Origin: Amoebophrya sp. A120
Taxonomy: Eukaryota; Protista; Dinoflagellata
Direction of reading: 5' to 3'
Assembly (NCBI GenBank): GCA_905178155.1
Contig: CAJINV010000005.1
Location: forward strand, 3,354,833-3,418,832
DNA: 64,000 bases
The stretch's first letter is position 1; each line of letters starts with the position of its first letter. Under the pieces are notes generated by a model. The model was not told the DNA's origin, searched no databases, and saw nothing but the letters and a program-made list of their open reading frames with translations. Both the position numbers and the translations under genes were made by a program. Below, piece after piece: positions 46,700 through 58,514 of the stretch.

Positions 46700-48316
46700 T
46701 TTTTCCAGTGATTTCTGTATGGGATTTTGTATAATTATTTTACCACGATACTACAGATCCGCTCACATGCCAGTTGCGGCGCTTACTCCTATGTCTCACA
46801 TGATATGCAAGGACGATGCTTCGAAACCAATTTCGCGGTGTTTCGAAGTGTGTTTGGTGCTGAATGTTACGGCGCCGGCGACATGCAGCTGAATCCGAGC
46901 AAGGCAGTCAAACGGACTACCACTCTGACCAGACCGGCTAAGCGCGCGCGCCCCATGCTGGCACTGAACACACATAAATATAGTGATATTGCTAATTCCA
47001 GCCGTCCATCAGGTTGAATCGTTTACGGTTTCCTGCTTGGCCTTCCCACGGGAAATAATTCGCCAAAGCACAGAGGCTGGGAGGCTGGCAAACAATCAAA
47101 CGGCCGAACGGCAACGCAACGCTCCACCACTGCCTGATGGACAACCCGCCTCGCGAATCCGGGGGAGCCAGGCGGCCAGCGGCCCGGCCGGCCGGCGAGG
47201 CGCCAGGGGTGCGAGGCCGGCCCCCACACTTATTTTTTTCATTCGGCCAACCGCAACCCGGCCGGCCAATAATGAAGGGCACTGTCCGCCGCGGAAGAAA
47301 ACAGGACACCCGCCTCCAAGCGCGGGGCGGGGCGGGCCGGGCGCCCGCCCGTCCCGCAAATGGCGGGCCGCCGGCCGGCGGGCATGCAGAATAAAACTGG
47401 CGGCCTGGCTTCGCTCCCCCCGGCCCCCGTCCTTGCTCCACATCTCAGAGAGGCCAGCCGGGGCCCCTGCCGCTTTTGTTTTGGAACACAGCGCGCCGCT
47501 GGGCACCGGCCTGCGGAGCGAGGCGCTCTATCTTTGACGCCCGTCGCTGTTCTTCCTGCCAGCTAGGGCCCGCCTGCATGGCTGCCATTGCGCCCCGGGG
47601 CCTCCCCAATGCTTCTCGGTGGGCGTGTCGCGGCCGGCTTCGCCGCTCGCCCGGTTTCTACGACCAACCACGCAAGGCCCGCGAAGGCAGGCCCCGCACA
47701 TCCGCCCGCGCCGCTATCTTTGCGCCGTCGCGTCGAACGCGGGCAAAGCGGGCACGGGGCGCGCGGGTCGCGGGTTGTGACATGCAGGAGACATCCTGCG
47801 CGATGCCCTGGCGTTGGCCCCTGCGGCGCGTATGGGCTAGGGCCTTAAGGCCTTATGGAAAGACACGCAGGGCGGGGCCGCGGGCGCCGCTAGAACAGGC
47901 GGCCGCGGCGCCTGGGCTTCCGCGGAAGCCCCTGACCCTGGCAAACATGCTCGCCCTTTGTTCTGCGCAGCAGATAGTTAAAATCTCTCACCGGTGCCCC
48001 TGCCTCTCATCGTTCCTCCGTCTGGTGCTCCGCTCGACTTCCCCGTGAAAGCTCTCGCAACATGTGCCCCTTGCAGGAGCGGGGCAAAGATCCAAACAAG
48101 AACACAGGTCTTCGTACGTACAATTTCAAACCGTCTTGGTGGCTGCCCTTCGCGCCCTCGAGTACTAGTACTCTTTATCTTATCACTTCATATCCGTGTT
48201 TTTTGTGGTATTGAAGTTCCGGCGGTAGGGCAGAAAGGAGGACCTTTCGGAAGTTTTCGTAGATGGGCTGCTTCTGCTGCAGGTGAAGCTGCAAGTAGAA
48301 ACCTAATTCCATAGTA

Positions 48317-51121
48317 TCAAGCCCTGTAAATCCTCGCAAAATTTTCGACGGGCCGTCGACAGATCGGACAGGATTTCAACACGGGGTAGCACCTGCTACA
48401 CAGACACAAATGTCCACATGGCATCGCCGCGTGGCTTTGCGGCTGGCTCAGGCAGATCACGCACGGGCCGGCCTGTCCTGGTTGCAGCGCTGTGGCGGTC
48501 AGGGGGCTGCCATGTAGTTCCTGCTGGTCAAAGCTGGCACTGTCGCTGGCCGATACGGGTCCATTACCATTGATCGTAGTGCCACCGTGCAATTGGTCCA
48601 GAGTCGGGATGGCGTTTTCCTGCTGTTTACTCTGCGTCGGACGAATCAAGTAGCGGTTAGGGGTGATAGCCTGCTGCTTTTGAGGTGCGCCATGATCTGC
48701 AGGTGCACGTCTGAGTGACTGCTCCTGGGGACTCGCAGCAGATTTTTCCGAGTTGGTTTTACTGCGAGTAGGTCCATGTACAGGTGGTGGGGGGTGAGGC
48801 TGCAAAGGCAGTGATTCCTGCTGGGTTTGGTCTAATGCTGGCTGTGCTTCCGGTTCTGCTTCTGCATGAAGTTGTAATCCGCCTGGCTCGCCGGGGTCGG
48901 GCGAGTCCTCCACCTGTCGACCACGATCTATATCTGCTACATCTTCTGGCAAAGCCTCTTCGGCGACGGTGCCTGGCGCCGCAGTCATTCCCCCAGTAGT
49001 TTGATCCTCCCGCGCTGCGCCGCGGCTGCTTTTCCGGTCGACCGAGCCGACGGTGAGGCCCAGGGACGAGGACTCTTTACTCGGCCCGCGTTTTGGAGAG
49101 GAAGTGCCAGCTTCTAGGGTGTTTGGGAGCGAGTCAGCTGCGTCGTTGTTGCTCTCTTGCACGAGGACGATGGCACCCTGTTCAGGTGGTTGAAGTGGCG
49201 CACCGCCCATGCTCACGTCGCCGAACCCTTTTTGCGGCGGCTGCGCGTGCGGGTGCGCGGCTTGTGCTGTTGCAGCTGTTTCTACAAGAACCCTTGATAT
49301 TGTGTCTCCCCCAGTGCTGTATCCTGATGTCGATGTGTGTCCTCCTTGTCTGGTGCTTCCCGCATCGCCGGATAGGTGTCTTTGCGGATAATATGCTGCC
49401 GCGGGGTCGTAGCTGCTGGCACTCCTGCTTGCCCCCTGGCCCGAGAGGAAGTGCTGCGGATTTTGATTCCCTGCAACCACCAGAGTTGGAGTTCCCCTTC
49501 CCGCTGCTATCGCTGAAAAAGCTGCTTGATCTTCATCCCCCTGCGCACCGGCACCATTGTAGATGCCGACGTCAACATCGTTCACCTGTCGACGTGGACC
49601 ACCAACGATGCTATTGCTGCTTCCACCGAATAAAGTCCCCACTGTTCTTCGTAAACCAAACTCGTCGTACACCGGACCGCTCATCCACTGTGCCGACGAA
49701 TTGCTTGCCGCTGAGATCGTTCCGCCATCACCGAAGCCACCGTTCTTTTCGTATCTCCCGAGATACGCCGCCGTACTCGGCGGAAAGAGCACGTTTAAAT
49801 TCTTCGCGTCAAGAAGTTGTACATTCGAAGCTGCTGCAGCTGCTGCTGCTGGTGCGAGAAGAATCGGCACTGGGGCGATGCTCACGCCCGGCGCAACTTC
49901 GTCTTCGAGAACGGGAATCAGATTTTGCCTATCGTGATTCGACAACGCGAAAGAGCGGCTGCTATTCGAAGTAGAGCTCGGGAACACATAATTACTCCCC
50001 CCACCTGGTGACGACGCTGGACCAAGATGTGCAGAAGCTGCTCCGGGACTGAAATGTTGACCAGCGATCGGGGACGATGATGCTCCTGTAGCTACAGTTC
50101 TATTGCTACCCGTCGCGGCTTCTGGCTCATTTATGTTTATCACACTCGCGGAACTGCTGGAGCTGGTCGCTGGCGTACTTTTGTTCGCGTGACTCTCAAA
50201 ATACCGTTGCGCAATCGACCCGGCTGCCGACGCACTACTGCTCGCGGGTCCGAGCCCGGCGGGCCGGCGAGAAGACGAAGCTGTTGACCCAGGAGCACCG
50301 AGGAGGTACTTGTTTCTTCCGACGGTAGCGGTACTAATCCCATAATTCCCTGTGCTTGTAATTGAAGCTGAACGTCCATTCTGGTTCATCCACGACCGGG
50401 GAGGGTAAGGCACGGAACTCAGCCCCGGGCCCGGTGCCGGAACAGTACTAGAACTGCTTGTCGTGGGAAAGGGAAAATCATTGTGGACGAAGGTATAATT
50501 CGGTTCTGTTCCTGCCAGTGCTGCATGAGCACTGTCTACTGGGATACTCCCCGTCGTTGCAGATGACGGCAAGGTGCTACTGCTGGAGGTCGTCGTACTA
50601 CTATGTCCAACCGGTCGTGGATGCAAGACCGACCGCGCCCCCTGCTCTGGCGAACAGAGTCGTTTCGGCACCGGGGCGTCGTTTCGAAACAGAAAGCTGC
50701 TGAGAAAGGTGTCGGAACTGGGGTTTTGGAAGACCGTGACCTCGCTGTTCGGAAGCGAGGTGGAGCTGTTTACTAAACGTTGTGTTGTCGGGTGATGCTG
50801 AGAAAACTCGAGCTGGTTGTTGTTCTCGTTCCACTGCTGATGGTGCTGAAAAGAAAAAGCCCCTTGCTGTACGAGAGAAGGCGTCGTCTGCGGCCGGGTG
50901 GCGCCCGGGGCTGCTGCGCTCCCCCCGGTTTGACCTTGAAGTAAATCTTCATTGCTAGTACCAACATTTGAAGATGTAGCAGTTGCACCTCCTGGAGGTG
51001 GTGGTACTGAAGTAGCTACCTCCGAGACGTAATTCTCGGTGAGCTGGAAAAACTCGCGAAAACAGCGCTCGGCGTGGAAAACTTCGGCGGCCGCGAGTTT
51101 GCGCAGGTAGGTGTTCAGCAC
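48317..51121 (-). CDS. C-terminal C3HC4 RING (IAP/MDM2-like) E3 ligase, possibly with an N-terminal PX-like domain in upstream exons (to ~51650)
   Basis: CVICLSQPQSHAAMPCGHLCLCSRCYPVLKSCPICRRPV at the C-terminus. LNTYLRKL...FREFFQL and upstream VSKRLRSLQVLHDQ are PX-like (weak). Confidence 0.75.
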   Translation of the reverse strand: MLNTYLRKLAAAEVFHAERCFREFFQLTENYVSEVATSVPPPPGGATATSSNVGTSNEDLLQGQTGGSAAAPGATRPQTTPSLVQQGAFSFQHHQQWNENNNQLEFSQHHPTTQRLVNSSTSLPNSEVTVFQNPSSDTFLSSFLFRNDAPVPKRLCSPEQGARSVLHPRPVGHSSTTTSSSSTLPSSATTGSIPVDSAHAALAGTEPNYTFVHNDFPFPTTSSSSTVPAPGPGLSSVPYPPRSWMNQNGRSASITSTGNYGISTATVGRNKYLLGAPGSTASSSRRPAGLGPASSSASAAGSIAQRYFESHANKSTPATSSSSSASVININEPEAATGSNRTVATGASSSPIAGQHFSPGAASAHLGPASSPGGGSNYVFPSSTSNSSRSFALSNHDRQNLIPVLEDEVAPGVSIAPVPILLAPAAAAAAASNVQLLDAKNLNVLFPPSTAAYLGRYEKNGGFGDGGTISAASNSSAQWMSGPVYDEFGLRRTVGTLFGGSSNSIVGGPRRQVNDVDVGIYNGAGAQGDEDQAAFSAIAAGRGTPTLVVAGNQNPQHFLSGQGASRSASSYDPAAAYYPQRHLSGDAGSTRQGGHTSTSGYSTGGDTISRVLVETAATAQAAHPHAQPPQKGFGDVSMGGAPLQPPEQGAIVLVQESNNDAADSLPNTLEAGTSSPKRGPSKESSSLGLTVGSVDRKSSRGAAREDQTTGGMTAAPGTVAEEALPEDVADIDRGRQVEDSPDPGEPGGLQLHAEAEPEAQPALDQTQQESLPLQPHPPPPVHGPTRSKTNSEKSAASPQEQSLRRAPADHGAPQKQQAITPNRYLIRPTQSKQQENAIPTLDQLHGGTTINGNGPVSASDSASFDQQELHGSPLTATALQPGQAGPCVICLSQPQSHAAMPCGHLCLCSRCYPVLKSCPICRRPVENFARIYRA

Positions 51122-52406
51122 ATCGACACAGAACAGTTCGTCGCGCGCCAGGTTTTCAACCGCGATGGAACTTGGGAACTCGGGGATTTGGGTGAAGGCA
51201 GGTTGATGTATATTGGCGGTGGAGGTGGACGTGAGCTGATTGTAATTTTACAAAATTATATGTTCATACTTCGTTTTCGACACGATAAAGAACGCTATGC
51301 GAAACAACAAGTGGACAGGACGTTGACATGGCCTACTGCGTTCAGAGACGATGGCTCACAACATGAGAAATACACGACAAAATTGCCACTTTCTATGTCA
51401 TCAATTTACTTGGTCGTGCAGCACTTGCAGAGACCGGAGCCGTTTCGAGACGTGGTGCGAAAAACCGTCGTCCTGTTGCTGAACCTGAATTTTAAGAAAA
51501 ACCTCGAGCACCGGCTCCACAATCGTGTCACACTCGATGATGCGAAGCTGCATGTGGCCGACAAAATAAAGTGCGGAGTCGGGATGAAATAAACCTTGTA
51601 GTACGTGGAATCAATGAAGAGCTCAATTATATATATACATCATTTTCATCTGAAGCTACTTCGTCTTCTGCTACTTTTTTCGACGGAGAAACAGAAAGTC
51701 ACTGCAACATAAAGAAATAGCTGCAGCGACTGCACCAACTCTAGCGGACGCTTCGCGGACGTGCGCGCGCGTGCGACAACTTTAGCAAAAGCCACTCAAA
51801 GTTATGCGCAGCATCAGAACTGTTCTACTCTTCTGCTCCGGCGGGTTCTTTTGGTTTTATACAAGCGTGATGAGCAGGAGCAGTTCTTTTTGCACTTCGA
51901 CTTCTTGGTGTTGAAACCTTGGAAATACATACGTCACCACCCATTCTGAACGCAGCTAAGCGACCAAAACAAGGTTGTCGTGAGTAGAGCAAAGAGTGCC
52001 TTTTGGTGTTAAGCTTGCGACGCCACTCTGTGAAATCTTCAATTTTTTGTACACGACGTTCATATCTGAAGTGCTACTGTATGCGTGTTCTTCATTGGTT
52101 TCATTTTCCATCATGTACATGTGCTCAACTTGTTGCTTGGCAACTTGAACTTCGTAAAAAACACTGCACATATATGTTCCACGATTCCATTTCTCGTGGT
52201 GGTGGCTTCAAAAAAAAGGAAAATGTAGGGCAAAACAAGACTTACAAAAACAGGTTCTTTGTCAGCGTCTCTGAGGACTCTTTGTCTGATTACTTAAATA
52301 ATTTCGTCCGCGTTTATCACGGTACGAAGACAAACTTCTACAGCTTCTTTCCTCGAAAATGATTTTTCGAGAAAGCCAACGACAACTTTCCGTCCCTCCT
52401 CCCGCG

Positions 52407-55400
52407 TCATTTTCCCTCGCAGATTTGGTACGAATACCAAATGAAATCTTCCCCATTGATGCTTTTCGTGACGTCAATTGTGCATTGCAAAAGTATGTTC
52501 GCACAGCTACCAAGTACGAATTGCATGAATGATAATTTCATAATCTTTCCATCTCAATTCATTCACTCACTCACGCAAGCTATTATCCTTCTTGAAGAGT
52601 TCTTTCATCGGTTTCCCATCGTTCTCTCTCGGATGTGCTTACAAGTGTATCGCTTTGCTAAGAATCTTCGCACGCATCAGCGCGCGGCGTAGGTCCCGTC
52701 ACTCATCTTTTGGAACCAGATGCCGCACACTCGGTATTCTGTCCGCCCCGAATTCTCACAGAAATCTTCGGCGTCGATTTGGAACGTCACGGGATCGGGA
52801 TCGGCGTCGCTTTTTTCGGTTTGCCAGGCGCTGCCTGTGGTGTTGGGAACTCTTTCCCAGCGCCTGCCGCTGATATTCGCTACGAATTCCGCTTGTTTTT
52901 GCTCGGCCTCCTCCTTTTGTTTCCGGATGTTTTCGTTTTGTCGCGCGGTCCTTGCCTTGCACGCCTTGGTCTTTCCCCTCCTGTCGGCCTTTTGCTGTTT
53001 CGGTAGCGGCTTCGTGGGCCTCTTTGCTACGAGGTGCGCCTTCACCACGTGGGCCGCTGGCTGTGGCTTTAAGTCCATGAACCCGTCGACCGGAAGGCCT
53101 ATGGCGTCGAAGTCCTCTTTTACCATTCTGCCCCAGGGGGTGTTTTTTCGGATCTCTTGCTTCGTCAGGTGGTGGCATGCTTCGTTGGGGTTGCGAAAGG
53201 TGTGCGCCGCCCACGCTACCCGCCTCTCCCGCAAGATGGTCTCTATCGGCGGCACGCCCGTCCTGTTGCAGAGGTCGAGCCGGCTTGCGTACTCTTCTGC
53301 TCCTTCCGCTTCCTCTTGTGCGTACTGCCATGCGCGTTTTTCCCCTTCCACCGTTTTCAGGGTGCTGTGCTGGAACCACCGCAAAGCCTTGAGGTCGTGT
53401 TCCCGTGGGTGCCAGGTTTCCGCGTTGTATAAAGCGACGGAGTTGGCAAGGCTTTGGTATAGAGTCGCTTTCATCCTCCTGGAGATGTCTCGGTCTCTCC
53501 AGATGCCCTTCAGTGCCTGGACCGTGGAACGCGCCATGCCGGTGCGCCTCGCGATCTCCTTCGTTGTCGCCGCGTTGTTTTCTACTTGCGTGCCCAGGTA
53601 TTTGAACAAGCTGACGGTCTTGATTTCTTCCCCGCTGTAGGTGGTTAGGTTTGCTGGGACGAGCTGCCGCGCGCGCTCTGCTTTCTGTTTCTCCAGTATC
53701 TGTCGCCCTACCCGGAGTTGTCGCTCTTCCTCTTCTGTCTTCGCTGGTCGGCAGAAGCCCGTCGCTTTGTGGTAGGTCAGTGCTTTTTGGTCGCTCAGGA
53801 TGTCGCCGCATCTGTCGCAGACAAATGCGTTCTTCTCTTGCTTCACGAACCGAATGCGGCCCATGCGTATGAGCCTTGCCGGCGTTTCGGCCCATCGCCA
53901 CCGCACTGTTGCCCACCCGCTTTTCTTCAGGATGCAGCAGTTGAAGGACCCATCATCCCACGCAAGTAGGTGCGTGGGCTTCAACCCCATGTCCATCCGT
54001 GGCGCCTTTTTCGCTCCCTGTTTCAGCTCTGGGCGCAGGTCCGCCCCACTCCACTCGACCATCCACCCGCTGCGCTCTGTGCCGCCAAGTTCCTGGAACT
54101 TGAATCGCTCTTCTCGTGCTTCTTCGTTCGTTTTTTCGGCCGGCTGCAGGTTGAACGTCATGGCCTCGGTCTTTCCATCTCAAGGGAAGATGGGATCTAT
54201 GTCTGTCATGCTCATGTAGCCCGCGGAAAAACTACATCAGATCTCCTGTCACGCCCGAACGCAATTTCATGTTTGTACAAGTGCGATACAACTTTAGCGA
54301 AGGATATCACTGAGACCGTCGCAATTCGGCCCGTCCGGCGCTCCAGGGGCGTTTAGGTCCAACGGATTTTCTGTGATGTTCCCGTTGACCGCCCCCGCCG
54401 CTTTCACGTAGCACCACTTTTTCGTGCACCAGTCTGGACGGTCCTGTGGGTCCGCGCACCGGTAATTCGCACCGGCTTTGCCGTTTTTTCCGTCAGATGC
54501 CGTCTATCCTCTGCAAAGGCAATATCGTACCTCCTTGTAGTATATTGTTCATCGAATTTTTAGTGCAGTTATTTACATACATAGTATCTGCATCTTTGCG
54601 AACTTGAATCAACATAATTAATACAAATCTCACTCTTCAATTTCATCTTGCCAAAATTTCTTGTCATGCGCTCTCTACTAATACGATACTTTTGCACTGC
54701 ATACCACCGTCTCTGTGTCTTCCCAGGCCGCGCATATCCTGAGCAAAAACGCCTCCTCCCCAGAGCTGTCACGCAAATCTGCATGCCTGAAATGCTTATC
54801 ATGCACAGCCACGGCACGAGAGGCATTCTTTCATTTCTAACGCAATCCGGGAGCCCCAGCCTGTAATGTTAGAATCAGGATAAGCATATCGATTTCTCAT
54901 CATGCGGATGCGCTAGGTAATAAACAGCAGTACGCTATCATGCGCAACAGCCAAAAGCGGTGGAAGTGTGAAGCAACGTCCTCATCTTGACTCGGGGGTG
55001 GGGAAGTTTTTGGACGGGATAACGCAGAACTCTCCGTAATTCGGACCGCCGCCGTACTTCAGCGTGTAGGCCTTTCCGTAGTCCGTGTCGTCTTTTTGTG
55101 GTGTGTATCGCGAGAAAAAACTGTTTCAACACTGGAAAGTTGTGATGCAGAGGACGCAACTACTACACCGAAGTGCTTGTCTTGCTGCACATGCAAGACA
55201 ATGCATTTATTTCAGGCGTGTTTCCCCGAGAAACAGAAAGCTCGCGTGGCAAATTTTTTTTTGTGCTGGTGTGATGCAAAGTAGCGCGCAAGATTCTTAC
55301 AGTTGTGACGCAGTTTTTTCGTGCGATAGTGTAAGCCACTCTTGGGCAGGAAACTGCAGGTCACAGGAAGCCAAGTTGTATCCCGTCCACGTTGTGTCAG

Positions 55401-57884
55401 TGCCTGTGCCACATCCGTCTCGCATCAAATAGCACTTGCGTTTGCCGCTAGCGTCTGCATTGTTTTCCAAGAAGAAGGATTTGCATTCGTCCGTTTTCGA
55501 GCACAAGTACCGGCATTCGCTCAGCGTGTAGGCACGGTTATTGTAGGTGCTGATCACGATGGGATTCGTACCTCCCAGAAGCGACGTGAAAGCGCCACCA
55601 GGCTGGCACTGACCGCCGTATCCGACTATCAAGTGCAAATATCAGGTCTGGGTGGTGTGGAAAATTGCAAAACCTGAGCAGGTGCTTCTTGTTTAACACG
55701 GCTATAGCGCGTCTGGTGTATCATGTTGCGGAAGAACAGTGAATGCCTACTGAATTAAGTGGAGTACGTATCTCATGCGCAATACGCAACACAGCCCTGG
55801 TTCCCCAAAAGATTTTCATGCTTGGAGGCCTATTGTTTCTTTGTCACCCGCGAGTCAGCATGGCAACTTTCCAGGCCATAGATACAGACATATTTGCAAA
55901 AAGGCATATCGACGGCGCAGTTACTGTCGTCGACCTGCGGCACATCTGTTGCCTCTATACAACTTGCCGTGTTTTGCTCCAAGCTATACATCATCTGCGT
56001 CGATTGGAGGTATCCAGGCGACTCGAGCGGACACAAATTGGACGGAAAATGGTGGACATTCCGAAACAAAAGCAGCGGACTTCGTCCGTCATTCATCCAT
56101 GAGAAAGATGCTGAATTCTGATGGAGCTGGGATTCTCATACAGCCATGTCTTGTGGTGCTTTGTGCTCCTGCTGCGCCTGCACACAAAACCGTAATCGAA
56201 AGAGCACCGAGCACGGCCCCACCACAGGCAAATAGAGTGGCAGATTTGGCCGCAACTGGGTGTTGCGGAAACCATGGCCGGGCCGCGCCAGGAAAAGCCA
56301 ACAGCGGCGCGAAGACTTTGGCGCGCCAGGGCAGCGGGCTGGCACGCGCGCGCCGCCCCCGTGTCGTGCGGCGGGCGGCGAGCAAAAAAATTGTGTCCGA
56401 CCTTTGGCGCGCATTGTGTCCGGTTTTTGGCGAATTGTGTCCCAAGGCAAGTGTGTCCGAGCAAAAAGCACACTGAAAATATGCACGGCATCTTTTACCT
56501 GGCGTGCGGCCGGGGCGCCGCCCACTGGGGTGGTCCGGCTGGAAAGGTTGCTGCTGGCAGTCGGAGACGCCACAGGCGCCGCCACTTCCGTGGGCTTTCT
56601 CACACAAATGAAAGAATGGGAGGCGCTTCGCAGATTGGCACCACACCCAGGCGGCAGGGCGCGGACTGCCGCGTGGCATGTCCTCCCTTCAGGTGAATTG
56701 CTTTCTTTCCGTCGGTTCTCAGCCATCGGCCCCACTGCTTCTCTTCGCCCTCTACTATTCACAGAAGCTGAAAGCGCAACTAACGCAGTCCTATGGCAGC
56801 TCGAGTGCTTCTGCATTGTGGCAATGCGATGAGGAAGCTGACAAAAAAAAAACATTCTCAGCGCTCAGGCGAAGGTGCTAGAGATTCGGAAAAAGATGAA
56901 TTTTGATTGTAATTGTGCACGTTTTTCTGCCCCGTTTTGTGTCCGCTATACGGCCTGGCGCCATCCATACGATTTCAACATTCCCATTCGTGTCGTCCAA
57001 GTACACCCGATTCGGACAGACGGCAGTGTAAAATTGGCACGTCCCACTTCTGTATGGATTGCAAATACAATGTCAGGTGTCTGATACGGGCAGGATGCAA
57101 CTTGACGTCATCCTAAGTCTGCTGACGTAGACAAAAATCCGCCGGCCTTGCTCAGTCGAAAGACACTCTGGGGTTCTTGCCTCTCACAGCTGTGGCATCT
57201 CTCATGCAGGCTACACATTGAGAGGCCTCCACGGGCACGGATCTTGTCATGACATGCTCATACTCTGAGCATGAATTCCACAACTTCTTTCTTGCAGGTC
57301 GAAAAATTATACAAATTTCTGCATTAGCATTCTTCCTGACCCAGACATAATCGAACTCTATTTGCACTTGATACTGTGTCGGACTGGTAGGCTTTGCACA
57401 TGCCGTTAGATTCCGTACGGCACTGCAGGTCACAGCGCCGCCAGAAGAAATTTTTAGAGGCGTCGAAATAATATTCCAATTGTGGGTTGACGTTGACCTT
57501 GAAGACTTCGTCTCCTGTCAGTCCACCAGACCCATTATACTGAGAATTGCACTTGCCGCTGAACTCCTTCGCGCAGATGGGGTCTGTGAAAGTACTAGTA
57601 CCGCCGGCAGCCGACAGCGACAGATCGGTCCAGGTAGGTAGGATCGGAGCAGCGTCATCCATCGAATTAACACATGTGCACGTGTCCGCCTTCTTGCTGG
57701 CTTTGGTCTGGAGGTGATTTCGATTTGTGAATGCAGCTCCTCCATCTGTGTGGGCCTGGGTCTTTTGCTGCGCTGCACCTCGTCGCAGCACCTTCACGGC
57801 TTGCACCGCCGGGCACCTAGACACGACCTGGAGGGCCGCAAGAAGACGACCGGCAAAGGAGTAACGACGCACCTGCGCGCCCAT
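52407..57884 (-). CDS. Secreted Cys-rich adhesin-like protein with PAN/apple domains and a C-terminal YG..C.AW...WC..KWCYV...YSY..C module; multi-exon
   Basis: Hydrophobic N-terminus; TLSECRYLCSKTDECKSFF...KCYL is PAN-like. Spliced end reads NYGEFCAAWED...CADPQDRPDWCTKKWCYV...CDGLSDVTKSINGEDFIWYSYQICEGK*. Confidence 0.75.
52479..54306. mobile_element. Family-C-like introner (~200 bp native) enlarged by a nested LINE fragment
   Basis: TGTGCATTGCAAAAGTATGTTCGCAC vs revcomp right end TATCCTTCGCTAAAGTTGTATCGCAC, flanks TCAAT/TCACT. Removal joins GLSD to VTKS. Confidence 0.75.
52558..54169 (-). mobile_element. 5'-truncated RTE-like non-LTR retrotransposon (ORF 52677-54161)
   Basis: 14-bp TSD TCTTTCCATCTCAA at 52544-52557 and 54170-54183, (TGAG/TGAA)n tail. 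ORF has post-RT motifs FKYLG, EIARR, LYNAETW and LRERRVAWAAH, and no catalytic YxDD. Confidence 0.88.
54505..54703. mobile_element. TIR introner family C (199 bp)
   Basis: TATCCTCTGCAAAGGCAATATCGTA...TACGATACTTTTGCACTGCATA, flanks CCGTC/CCACC. Frame restored. Confidence 0.78.
54735..55021. mobile_element. TIR introner, family-B-like (287 bp)
   Basis: TATCCTGAGCAAAAACGCCTCCTCCCC...GGGGTGGGGAAGTTTTTGGACGGGATA, flanks GCGCA/ACGCA. Removal gives GEFCAAWED. Confidence 0.85.
55106..55328. mobile_element. TIR introner (223 bp)
   Basis: TATCGCGAGAAAAAACTG...CAGTTTTTTCGTGCGATA, flanks GTGTG/GTGTA. Confidence 0.87.
55627..55908. mobile_element. Diverged family-A-like introner (282 bp)
   Basis: TATCAAGTGCAAATATCAGGTCTGGG...CAGACATATTTGCAAAAAGGCATA, flanks CCGAC/TCGAC. 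Removal gives NCAVGYGGQC. Confidence 0.78.
57053..57373. mobile_element. Diverged family-A-like introner (321 bp)
   Basis: TATGGATTGCAAATACA...TCTATTTGCACTTGATA. Removal joins CKAYQSDT to GTCQFY. Confidence 0.72.
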
Positions 57885-58514
57885 GATCCTTTTTTCACCC
57901 CACTACAATCAACATCGCGGACATTTTGAGGTTTATTCCAGCCTCGTGCATCTGAGTTGCAGCAGAGCCAAGAGGAGGATAGCAGAAGGGCAACAATGCA
58001 TAACAACTTCTGGACTCCAAGCAGCTCGGGAAAGATCTGCAAGTCCGATAGAGGCAACAGATTTCTAAAATTCTTTATCGTCCGACGCCTCCGCGTCACA
58101 CTCTCAATTTTCTCATAGTTGTGGCACTCGTGGTCAGCAGTTCATTTCTTCCAAACATTTGACTCTGCTCAGAATTGATGAATGGTCACTCGCAACACAA
58201 GTGCGCTCATTTTCTTTTGCTGACAGACAAGATCTTTAAGAAACATCACGAAAGCCAGACCTACACCTACTGGGAGGTGGGTGTGGGAGTGAGTGTGGAA
58301 CTACCTCCCCCTACATTCAATAATTTAAATTTTAGTCGCACAAAAGTTCTCGTTGCAATCCTGCGAAAGGGATCATGAACGTGATATTATCATGGAAATA
58401 ACTGCAATGGCGAAGAGGATTCCGACTCGAGGCCCGGAGCACTAAAACATTACGAGCAAGTTGTTCTTCAATATCTTTGATCTTTCTGCTTGTGGGCCAG
58501 GGCCACGTGACTGA

